DNA from: Eledone cirrhosa
Lineage: Eukaryota
Assembly (NCBI GenBank): GCA_964016885.1
Contig: OZ024741.1
Span: 158,906,001-158,970,000, forward strand
Reading direction: 5' to 3'
Length of the DNA: 64,000 nucleotides
Shown: piece by piece, positions 1 through 12,000 of the stretch
Numbering within the stretch: the stretch's first letter is position 1
How the letters are laid out: every line of letters begins with the position of its first letter
The notes under the pieces: model-generated
Databases searched by the model: none
What the model was told of the DNA's origin: nothing
The model's input: only the letters and a program-made list of their open reading frames with translations
Position numbers and translations under genes: made by a program

Positions 1-3000
1 TTGAGGTGGTGGTGGAGGTGATGTTGGATATGTTTGAGGTGGGGGTGGAGGTGATGTTGGCTATGTTTGAGGTGGGGGTGGAGGTGATGTTGGCTATGTT
101 TAAGGTGGGGGTGGTGGTGATGTTGGCTATGTTTGATGTGGGTGTGGAGGTGATGTTGGCTATGTTTGAGGTGGTGGTGGTGGTGATGTTGGCTATGTTT
201 GAGGTGGTGGTGGAGGTGATGTTGGCTATGTTTGAGGTGGGGGTGGAGGTGATGTTGGCTATGTTTGAGGTAGTGGTGGAGGTGATGTTGGCTATGTTTG
301 AGGTGGGGGTGTAGGTGATGTTGGCTATGTTTGAGGTAGTGGTGGAGGTGATGTTGGCTATGTTTGAGGTGGGGGTGGAGGTGATGTTGGCTGTGTTTGA
401 GGTGGGGATGGAGGTGATGTTGGCTATGTTTGAGGTGGGGGTGGAGGTGAGGTTGGCTATGTTTGAGGTAGTGGTGGTGGTGATGTTGGCTATGTTTGAG
501 GTGGTTGTGGAGGTGATATTGGCTATGTTTGAGGTGGTGGTGGAGGTGATTTTGGCTATGTTTGAGGTGGGGGTGGAGGTGATATTGGCTATGTTTGAGG
601 TAGTGGTGGAGGTGATGTTGGCTATGTTTGAGGTGGTGGTGGAGGTGATGTTGGCTATGTTTGAGGAGGTGGTGGTGGTGATGTTGGCTATGTTTGAGGT
701 GGTGGTGGAGGTGATGTTGGCTAAGTTTGAGGAGGTGGTGGTGGTGATGTTGGCTATGTTTGAGGTGGTGGTGGAGGTGATGTTGGCTATGTTTGAGGTG
801 GTGGTGGAGGTGATATTGGCTATGTTTGAGGTGGTGGTGGAGGTGATGTTGGCTATGTTTGAGGTGGTGGTGGTGGTGATGTTGGCTATGTTTGAGGTGG
901 TGGTGGAGGTGATGTTGGCTATGTTTGAGGTGGTGGTGGAGGTGATGTTGGCTATGTTTGAGGTGGTGGTGGTGATGTTGGCTATGTTTGAGGTGGGGGT
1001 GGAGGTGATGTTGGCTATGTTTGAGGTAGTGGTGGTGGTGATGTTGGCTATGTTTGAGGTGGTGGTGGAGGTGATGTTGGCTATGTTTGAGGTGGTGGTG
1101 GTGGTGATGTTGGCTATGTTTGAGGTGGTGGTGGAGGTGATGTTGGTTATGTTTGAGTTGGTGGTGGAGGTGATGTTGGCTATGTTTGAGGTGGGGGTGG
1201 AGGTGATGTTGGCTATGTTTGAGGTGATGTTGGCTATGTTTGAGGTGGGGGTGGTGATGTTGGCTATGTTTGAGGTGGGGGTGGTGATGTTGGCTATGTT
1301 TGAGGAGGTGGTGGTGATGTTGGCTATGTTTGAGGTGGAGGTGGAGGTGATGTTGGCTATGTTTGAGGTGGGGGTGGTGATGTTGGCTATGTTTGAGGAG
1401 GTGGTGTTGGTGGTGATGTTGGCTATGTTTGAGGTGGGGGTGGTGGTGATGTTGGCTATGTTTGAGAAGGTGGTGGTGGTGGTGATGTTGGCTATGTTTG
1501 AGGTGGTGGTGGAGGTGATGTTGGCTATGTTTGAGGTAGTGGTGGAGGTGATGTTGGCTATGTTTGAGGTGGTGGTGGAGGTGATGTTGGCTATGTTTGA
1601 GGTGGGCGTGGTGGTGATGTTGGCTATGTTTGAGGAGGTGGTGGAGGTGATGTTGGCTATGTTTGAGGTGGGGGTGGAGGTGATGTTGGCTATGTTTGAG
1701 GTGGTGGTGGAGGTGATGTTGGCTATGTTTGAGGAGGTGGTGGTGATGATGTTGGCTATGTTTGAGGTGGTGGTGGAGGTGATGTTGGCTATGTTTGAGG
1801 TGGTGGTGGAGGTGATATTGGCTATGTTTGAGGTGGTGGTGGAGGTGATGTTGGCTATGTTTGAGGTGGTGGTGGAGGTGATGTTGGCTATGTTTGAGGA
1901 GGTGGTGGTGATGATGTTGGCTATGTTTGAGGTGGTGGTGGAGGTGATGTTGGCTATGTTTGAGGTGGGGGTGGAGGTGATGTTGGCTATGTTTGAGGTG
2001 GTGGTGGTGATGTTGGCTATGTTTGAGGTGGGGGTGGAGGTGATGTTGGCTATGTTTGAGGTGGGGGTGGAGGTGATGTTGGCTATGTTTGAGGTGATGT
2101 TGGCTATGTTTGAGGTGGGGGTGGTGATGTTGGCTATGTTTGAGGTGGGGGTGGTGATGTTGGCTATGTATGAGGAGGTGGTGGTGGTGGTGATGTTGGC
2201 TATGTTTGAGGTGGTGGTGGTGATGTTGGCTATGTTTGAGGTGGAGGTGGAGGTGATGTTGGCTATGTTTGAGGTGGGGGTGGTGATGTTGGCTATGTTT
2301 GAGGAGGTGGTGGTGGTGGTGATGTTGGCTATGTTTGAGGTGGGGGTGGTGGTGATGTTGGCTATGTTTGAGGAGGTGGTGGTGGTGGTGATGTTGGCTA
2401 TGTTTGAGGTGGGGGTGGTGGTGATGTTGGGTATGTTTGAGGTAGTGGTGGAGGTGATGTTGGCTATGTTTGAGGTGGTGGTGGAGGTGATGTTGGCTAT
2501 GTTTGAGGTGGTGGTGGAGGTGATGTTGGCTATGTTTGAGGAGGTGGTGGAGGTGATGTTGGCTATGTTTGAGGTGGGGGTGGAGGTGATGTTGGCTATG
2601 TTTGAGGTGGGGCTGGAGGTGATGTTGGCTATGTTTGAGGTGGGGGTGGAGGTGATGTTGGCTATGTTTGAGGTAGTGGTGGAGGTGATGTTGGCTATGT
2701 TTGAGGTGGGGGTGGAGGTGATGTTGGCTATGTTTGAGGTGGGGGTGGAGGTGGTGTTGGCTATGTTTGAGGAGGTGGTGGAGGTGATGTTGGCTATGTT
2801 TGAGGTGGGGGTGTAGGTGATGTTGGCTATGTTTGAGGAGGTGGTGGTGATGTTGGCTATGTTTGAGGTGGGGGTGGAGGTGATGTTGGCTATGTTTGAG
2901 GTAGTGGTGGAGGTGATGTTGGGTATGTTTGAGGTGAGGGTGGAGGTGATGTTGGCTATGTTTGAGGTGGGGGTGTAGGTGATGTTGGCTATGTTTGAGG

Positions 3001-6000
3001 AGGTGGTGGTGGTGATGTTGGCTATGTTTGAGGTGGGGGTGGAGGTGATGTTGGCTATGTATGAGGTGGGGGTGTAGGTGATGTTGGCTATGTTTGAGGA
3101 GGTGGTGGTGGTGATGTTGGCTATGTTTGAGGTGGGGGTGGAGGTGATGTTGGCTATGTTTGAGGTAGTGGTGGAGGTGATGTTGGCTATGTTTGAGGTG
3201 GGGGTGTAGGTGATGTTGGCTATGTTTGAGGTGGGGGTGGAGGTGATGTTGGCTATGTTTGAGGTGGTGGTGGAGGTGATGTTGGCTATGTTTGAGGTGG
3301 TGGTGGAGGTGATGTTGGCTATGTTTGAGGTGGGGGTGGAGGTGATGTTGGCTATGTTTGAGGTGGGGCTGTAGGTGATGTTGGCTATGTTTGAGGAGGT
3401 GGTGGTGGCGATGTTGGCTATGTTTGAGGTGGGGGTGGAGGTGATGTTGGCTATGTTTGAGGTGGGGGTGGAGGTGATGTTGGCTATGTTTGAGGAGGTG
3501 GTGGTGGTGATGTTGGCTATGTTTGAGGTGGGGGTGGAGGTGATGTTGGCTATGTTTGAGGTGGGGGTGGAGGTGATGTTGGCTATGTTTGAGGTGGGGG
3601 TGTAGGTGATGTTGGCTATGTTTGAGGAGGTGGTGGTGGTATGTTGGCTATGTTTGAGGTGGGGGTGGAGGTGATGTTGGCTATGTTTGAGGTGGGGGTG
3701 TAGGTGATGTTGGCTATGTTTGAGGAGGTGGTGGTGGTGATGTTGGCTATGTTTGAGGTGGGGGTGGAGGTGATGTTGGCTATGTTTGAGGTGGGGGTGG
3801 AGGTGATGTTGGCTATGTTTGAGGTGGGGGTGTAGGTGATGTTGGCTATGTTTGAGGAGGTGGTGGTGGTGATGTTGGCTATGTTTGAGGTGGGGGTGGA
3901 GGTGATGTTGGCTATGTTTGAGGTAGTGGTGGAGGTGATGTTGGCTATGTTGAGGTGGGGGTGTAGGTGATGTTGGCTATGTTTGAGGAGGTGGTGGTGG
4001 TGATGTTGGCTATGTTTGAGGTGGGGGTGGAGGTGATGTTGGCTATGTTTGAGGTGGGGGTGGAGGTGATGTTGGCTATGTTTGAGGTGGGGGTGTAGGT
4101 GATGTTGGCTATGTTTGAGGAGGTGGTGGTGGTGGTGATGTTGGCTATGTTTGAGGTGGGGGTGGAGGTGATGTTGGCTATGTTTGAGGTAGTGGTGGAG
4201 GTGATGTTGGCTATGTTTGAGGTGGGGGTGTAGGTGATGTTGGCTATGTTTGAGGTGGGGGTGGAGGTGATGTTGGCTATGTTTGAGGTAGTGGTGGAGG
4301 TGATGTTGGCTATGTTTGAGGTGGTGGTGGAGGTGATGTTGGCTATGTTTGAGGTGGGGGTGGAGGTGATGTTGGCTATGTTTGAGGTGGGGGTGGTGGT
4401 GATGTTGGCTATGTTTGAGGTGGTGGTGGAGGTGATGTTGGCTATGTTTGAGGTAGTGGTGGTGGAGGTGATGTTTGCTATGTTTGAGGTGGTGGTGGAG
4501 GTGATGTTGGCTATGTTTGAGGTGGTGGTGGAGGTCATGTTGGCTATGTTTGAGGTGGGGGTGGAGGTGATGTTGGCTATGTTTGAGGTGGGGGTGGAGG
4601 TGATGTTGGCTATGTTTGAGGTGGGGGTGGAGGTGAGGTTGGCTATGTTTGAGGTAGTGGTGGTGGTGATGTTGGCTATGTTTGAGGTGGTTGTGGAGGT
4701 GATATTGGCTATGTTTGAGGTGGTGGTGGAGGTGATTTTGGCTATGTTTGAGGTGGGGGTGGAGGTGATGTTGGCTATGTTTGAGGTAGTGGTGGAGGTG
4801 ATGTTGGCTATGTTTGAGGTGGTGGTGGAGGTGATGTTGGCTATGTTTGAGGAGGTGGTGGTGGTGATGTTGGCTATGTTTGAGGTGGTGGTGGAGGTGA
4901 TGTTGGCTATGTTTGAGGAGGTGGTGGTGGTGATGTTGGCTATGTTTGAGGTGGTGGTGGAGGTGATGTTGGCTATATTTGAGGTGGTGGTGGAGGTGAT
5001 ATTGGCTATGTTTGAGGTGGTGGTGGAGGTGATGTTGGCTATGTTTGAGGTGGTGGTGATGTTGGCTATGTTTGAGGTGGTGGTGGAGGTGATGTTGGCT
5101 ATGTTTGAGGTGGGGGTGGAGGTGATGTTGGCTATGTTTGAGGTGGTGGTGGTGATGTTGGCTATGTTTGAGGTGGGGGTGGAGGTGATGTTGGCTATGT
5201 TTGAGGTAGTGGTGGTGGTGATGTTGGCTATGTTTGAGGTGGTGGTGGAGGTGATGTTGGCTATGTTTGAGGTGGTGGTGATGTTGGCTATGTTTGAGGT
5301 GGTGGTGGAGGTGATGTTGGCTATGTTTGAGTTGGTGGTGGAGGTGATGTTGGCTATGTTTGAGGTGGGGGTGGAGGTGATGTTGGCTATGTTTGAGGTG
5401 ATGTTGGCTATGTTTAAGGTGGGGGTGGTGATGTTGGCTATGTTTGAGGTGGGGGTGGTGATGTTGGCTATGTTTGAGGAGGTGGTGGTGATGTTGGCTA
5501 TGTTTGAGGTGGAGGTGGAGGTGATGTTGGCTATGTTTGAGGTGGGGGTGGTGATGTTGGCTATGCTTGAGGAGGTGGTGTTGGTGGTGATGTTGGCTAT
5601 GTTTGAGGTGGGGGTGGTGGTGATGTTGGCTATGTTTGAGAAGGTGGTGGTGGTGGTGATGTTGGCTATGTTTGAGGTGGGGGTGGTGGTGATGTTGGCT
5701 ATGTTTGAGGTAGTGGTGGAGGTGATGTTGGCTATGTTTGAGGTGGTGGTGGAGGTGATGTTGGCTATGTTTGAGGTGGTGGTGGAGGTGATATTGGCTA
5801 TGTTTGAGGTGGTGGTGGAGGTGATGTTGGCTATGTTTGAGGTGGTGGTGATGTTGGCTATGTTTGAGGTGGTGGTGGAGGTGATGTTGGCTATGTTTGA
5901 GGTGGGGGTGGAGGTGATGTTGGCTATGTTTGAGGTGGTGGTGGTGATGTTGGCTATGTTTGAGGTGGGGGTGGAGGTGATGTTGGCTATGTTTGAGGTG

Positions 6001-9000
6001 GGGGTGGAGGTGATGTTGGCTATGTTTGAGGTGATGTTGGCTATGTTTGAGGTGGGGGTGGTGATGTTGGCTATGTTTGAGTTGGTGGTGGAGGTGATGT
6101 TGGCTATGTTTGAGGAGGTGGTGGTGGTGGTGATGTTGGCTATGTTTGAGGTGGTGGTGGTGATGTTGGCTATGTTTGAGGTGGAGGTGGAGGTGATGTT
6201 GGCTATGTTTGAGGTGGGGGTGGTGATGTTGGCTATGTTTGAGGAGGTGGTGGTGGTGGTGATGTTGGCTATGTTTGAGGTGGGGGTGGTGGTGATGTTG
6301 GCTATGTTTGAGGAGGTGGTGGTGGTGGTGATGTTGGCTATGTTTGAGGTGGGGGTGGTGGTGATGTTGGCTATGTTTGAGGTAGTGGTGGAGGTGATGT
6401 TGGCTATGTTTGAGGTGGTGGTGGAGGTGATGTTGGCTATGTTTGAGGTGGGCGTGGTGGTGATGTTGGCTATGTTTGAGGTAGTGGTGGAGGTGATGTT
6501 GGCTATGTTTGAGGTGGGGGTGGAGGTGGTGTTGGCTATGTTTGAGGTGGGGATGGAGGTGGTGTTGGCTATGTTTGAGGAGGTGGTGGAGGTGATGTTG
6601 GCTATGTTTGAGGTGGGGGTGTAGGTGATGTTGGCTATGTTTGAGGAGGTGGTGGTGATGTTGGCTATGTTTGAGGTGGGGGTGGAGGTGATGTTGGCTA
6701 TGTTTGAGGTAGTGGTGGAGGTGATGTTGGCTATGTTTGAGGTGAGGGTGGAGGTGATGTTGGCTATGTTTGAGGTGGGGGTGTAGGTGATGTTGGCTAT
6801 GTTTGAGGAGGTGGTGGTGGTGATGTTGGCTATGTTTGAGGTGGGGGTGGAGGTCATGTTGGCTATGTTTGAGGTGGTGGTGGAGGTCATGTTGGCTATG
6901 TTTGAGGTGGTGGTGGTGGTGATGTTGGCTATGTTTGAGGTAGTGGTGGAGGTGATGTTGGCTATGTTTGAGGTGGGGGTGGAGGTGATGTTGGCTATGT
7001 TTGAGGTGGTGGTGGAGGTCATGTTGGCTATGTTTGAGGTGGTGGTGGTGGTGATGTTGGCTATGTTTGAGGTAGTGGTGGAGGTGATGTTGGCTGTTTG
7101 AGGTGGTGGTGGAGGTCATGTTGGCTATGTTTGAGGTGGTGGTGGAGGTGATGTTGGCTATGTTTGAGGTGCTGGTGGAGGTGATGTTGGCTATGTTTGA
7201 GGTGGTGGTGATGTTGGCTATGTTTGAGGTGGGTGTGGAGGTGATGTTGGCTATGTTTGAGGTGGTGGTGGAGGTGATGTTGGCTATGTTTGAGGTGGTG
7301 GTGATGTTGGCTATGTTTGAGGTGGGGGTGGAGGTGATGTTGGCTATGTTTGAGGTGGTGGTGGAGGTGATGTTGGCTATGTTTGAGGTGGGGGTGGAGG
7401 TGATGTTGGCTATGTTTGAGGTGGTGGTGGAGGTGATGTTGGCTATGTTTGAGGTGGTGGTGGAGGTGATGTTGGCTAAGTTTGAGGTGGTGGTGATGTT
7501 GGCTATGTTTGAGGTGGGGGTGGAGGTGATGTTGGCTATGTTTGAGGTGGTGGTGGAGGTGATGTTGGCTATGTTTGAGGTGGTGGTGATGTTGGCTATG
7601 TTTGAGGTGGGGGTGGAGGTGATGTTGGCTATGTTTGAGGTGGTGGTGGAGGTGATATTGGCTATGTTTGAGGTGGTGGTGGAGGTGATGTTGGCTATGT
7701 TTGAGGTGGTGGTGATGTTGGCTATGTTTGAGGTGGTGGTGGAGGTGATGTTGGCTATGTTTGAGGTGGGGGTGGAGGTGATGTTGGCTATGTTTGAGGT
7801 GGTGGTGGTGATGTTGGCTATGTTTGAGGTGGGGGTGGAGGTGATGTTGGCTATGTTTGAGGTGGGGGTGGAGGTGATGTTGGCTATGTTTGAGGTGATG
7901 TTGGCTATGTTTGAGGTGGGGGTGGTGATGTTGGCTATGTTTGAGTTGGTGGTGGAGGTGATGTTGGCTATGTTTGAGGAGGTGGTGGTGGTGGTGATGT
8001 TGGCTATGTTTGAGGTGGTGGTGGTGATGTTGGCTATGTTTGAGGTGGAGGTGGAGGTGATGTTGGCTATGTTTGAGGTGGGGGTGGTGATGTTGGCTAT
8101 GTTTGAGGAGGTGGTGGTGGTGGTGATGTTGGCTATGTTTGAGGTGGGGGTGGTGGTGATGTTGGCTATGTTTGAGGAGGTGGTGGTGGTGGTGATGTTG
8201 GCTATGTTTGAGGTGGGGGTGGTGGTGATGTTGGCTATGTTTGAGGTAGTGGTGGAGGTGATGTTGGCTATGTTTGAGGTGGTGGTGGAGGTGATGTTGG
8301 CTATGTTTGAGGTGGGCGTGGTGGTGATGTTGGCTATGTTTGAGGTAGTGGTGGAGGTGATGTTGGCTATGTTTGAGGTGGGGGTGGAGGTGGTGTTGGC
8401 TATGTTTGAGGTGGGGATGGAGGTGGTGTTGGCTATGTTTGAGGAGGTGGTGGAGGTGATGTTGGCTATGTTTGAGGTGGGGGTGTAGGTGATGTTGGCT
8501 ATGTTTGAGGAGGTGGTGGTGATGTTGGCTATGTTTGAGGTGGGGGTGGAGGTGATGTTGGCTATGTTTGAGGTAGTGGTGGAGGTGATGTTGGCTATGT
8601 TTGAGGTGAGGGTGGAGGTGATGTTGGCTATGTTTGAGGTGGGGGTGTAGGTGATGTTGGCTATGTTTGAGGAGGTGGTGGTGGTGATGTTGGCTATGTT
8701 TGAGGTGGGGGTGGAGGTCATGTTGGCTATGTTTGAGGTGGTGGTGGAGGTCATGTTGGCTATGTTTGAGGTGGTGGTGGTGGTGATGTTGGCTATGTTT
8801 GAGGTAGTGGTGGAGGTGATGTTGGCTATGTTTGAGGTGGGGGTGGAGGTGATGTTGGCTATGTTTGAGGTGGTGGTGGAGGTCATGTTGGCTATGTTTG
8901 AGGTGGTGGTGGTGGTGATGTTGGCTATGTTTGAGGTAGTGGTGGAGGTGATGTTGGCTGTTTGAGGTGGTGGTGGAGGTCATGTTGGCTATGTTTGAGG

Positions 9001-12000
9001 TGGTGGTGGAGGTGATGTTGGCTATGTTTGAGGTGCTGGTGGAGGTGATGTTGGCTATGTTTGAGGTGGTGGTGATGTTGGCTATGTTTGAGGTGGGTGT
9101 GGAGGTGATGTTGGCTATGTTTGAGGTGGTGGTGGAGGTGATGTTGGCTATGTTTGAGGTGGTGGTGATGTTGGCTATGTTTGAGGTGGGGGTGGAGGTG
9201 ATGTTGGCTATGTTTGAGGTGGTGGTGGAGGTGATGTTGGCTATGTTTGAGGTGGGGGTGGAGGTGATGTTGGCTATGTTTGAGGTGGTGGTGGAGGTGA
9301 TGTTGGCTATGTTTGAGGTGGTGGTGGAGGTGATGTTGGCTAAGTTTGAGGTGGTGGTGATGTTGGCTATGTTTGAGGTGGGGGTGGAGGTGATGTTGGC
9401 TATGTTTGAGGTGGTGGTGGAGGTCATGTTGGCTATGTTTGAGGTGGTGGTGGAGGTGATGTTGGCTATGTTTGAGGTGGTGGTGGAGGTGATGTTGGCT
9501 ATGTTTGAGGTGGTGGTGGAGGTCATGTTGGCTATGTTTGAGGTGGTGGTGGTGGTGATGTTGGCTATGTTTGAGGTGGTGGTGATGTTGGCTATGTTTG
9601 AGGTGGGGGTGGAGGTGATGTTGGCTATGTTTGAGGTGGGGGTGGAGGTGATGTTGGCTATGTTTGAGGTGGGGGTGATGTTGGCTATGTTTGAGGTGGG
9701 GGTGGAGGTGATGTTGGCTATGTTTGAGGTGGGGGTGGAGGTGATGTTGGCTATGTTTGAGGTGGTGGTGGAGGTGATGTTGGCTATGTTTGAGGTGGTG
9801 GTGGAGGTCATGTTGGCTATGTCTGAGGTGGTGGTGGTGGTGATGTTGGCTATGTTTGAGGTGGTGGTGATGTTGGCTATGTTTGAGGTGGGGGTGGAGG
9901 TGATGTTGGCTATGTTTGAGGTGGGGGTGGAGGTGATGTTGGCTATGTTTGAGGTAGTGGTGGTGATGTTGGCTATGTTTGAGGTGGTGGTGGAGGTGAT
10001 GTTGGCTATGTTTGAGGAGGTGGTGGTGGTGATGTTGGCTATGTTTGAGGTGGTGGTGGAGGTGATGTTGGCTATGTTTGAGGAGGTGGTGGTGGTGATG
10101 TTGGCTATGTTTGAGGTGGTGGTGGAGGTGATGTTGGCTATATTTGAGGTGGTGGTGGAGGTGATATTGGCTATGTTTGAGGTGGTGGTGGAGGTGATGT
10201 TGGCTATGTTTGAGGTGGTGGTGGTGGTGATGTTGGCTATGTTTGAGGTGGTGGTGGAGGTGATGTTGGCTATGTTTGAGGTGGGGGTGGAGGTGGTGTT
10301 GGCTATGTTTGAGGTGGTGGTGGTGATGTTGGCTATGTTTGAGGTGGGGGTGGAGGTGATGTTGGCTATGTTTGAGGTAGTGGTGGTGGTGATGTTGGCT
10401 ATGTTTGAGGTGGTGGTGGAGGTGATGTTGGCTATGTTTGAGGTGGTGGTGATGTTGGCTATGTTTGAGGTGGTGGTGGAGGTGATGTTGGCTATGTTTG
10501 AGTTGGTGGTGGAGGTGATGTTGGCTATGTTTGAGGTGGGGGTGGAGGTGATGTTGGCTATGTTTGAGGTGATGTTGGCTATGTTTAAGGTGGGGGTGGT
10601 GATGTTGGCTATGTTTGAGGTGGGGGTGGTGATGTTGGCTATGTTTGAGGAGGTGGTGGTGATGTTGGCTATGTTTGAGGTGGAGGTGGAGGTGATGTTG
10701 GCTATGTTTGAGGTGGGGGTGGTGATGTTGGCTATGTTTGAGGAGGTGGTGTTGGTGGTGATGTTGGCTATGTTTGAGGTGGGGGTGGTGGTGATGTTGG
10801 CTATGTTTGAGAAGGTGGTGGTGGTGGTGATGTTGGCTATGTTTGAGGTGGGGGTGGTGGTGATGTTGGCTATGTTTGAGGTAGTGGTGGAGGTGATGTT
10901 GGCTATGTTTGAGGTGGTGGTGGAGGTGATGTTGGCTATGTTTGAGGTGGTGGTGGAGGTGATATTGGCTATGTTTGAGGTGGTGGTGGAGGTGATGTTG
11001 GCTATGTTTGAGGTGGTGGTGGTGGTGGCTATGTTTGAGGTGGTGGTGGAGGTGATGTTGGCTATGTTTGAGGTGGGGGTGGAGGTGATGTTGGCTATGT
11101 TTGAGGTGGTGGTGGTGATGTTGGCTATGTTTGAGGTGGGGGTGGAGGTGATGTTGGCTATGTTTGAGGTGGGGGTGGAGGTGATGTTGGCTATGTTTGA
11201 GGTGATGTTGGCTATGTTTGAGGTGGGGGTGGTGATGTTGGCTATGTTTGAGGTGGGGGTGGTGATGTTGGCTATGTTTGAGGAGGTGGTGGTGGTGGTG
11301 ATGTTGGCTATGTTTGAGGTGGTGGTGGTGATGTTGGCTATGTTTGAGGTGGAGGTGGAGGTGATGCTGGCTATGTTTGAGGTGGGGGTGGTGATGTTGG
11401 CTATGTTTGAGGAGGTGGTGGTGGTGGTGATGTTGGCTATGTTTGAGGTGGGGGTGGTGGTGATGTTGGCTATGTTTGAGGAGGTGGTGGTGGTGGTGAT
11501 GTTGGCTATGTTTGAGGTGGGGGTGGTGGTGATGTTGGCTATGTTTGAGGTAGTGGTGGAGGTGATGTTGGCTATGTTTGAGGTGGTGGTGGAGGTGATG
11601 TTGGCTATGTTTGAGGTGGGCGTGGTGGTGATGTTGGCTATGTTTGAGGTAGTGGTGGAGGTGATGTTGGCTATGTTTGAGGTGGGGGTGGAGGTGGTGT
11701 TGGCTATGTTTGAGGTGGGGGTGGTGATGTTGGCTATGTTTGAGGAGGTGGTGGTGATGTTGGCTATGTTTGAGGTGGAGGTGGAGGTGATGTTGGCTAT
11801 GTTTGAGGTGGGGGTGGTGATGTTGGCTATGTTTGAGGAGGTGGTGTTGGTGGTGATGTTGGCTATGTTTGAGGTGGGGGTGGTGGTGATGTTGGCTATG
11901 TTTGAGAAGGTGGTGGTGGTGGTGATGTTGGCTATGTTTGAGGTGGGGGTGGTGGTGATGTTGGCTATGTTTGAGGTAGTGGTGGAGGTGATGTTGGCTA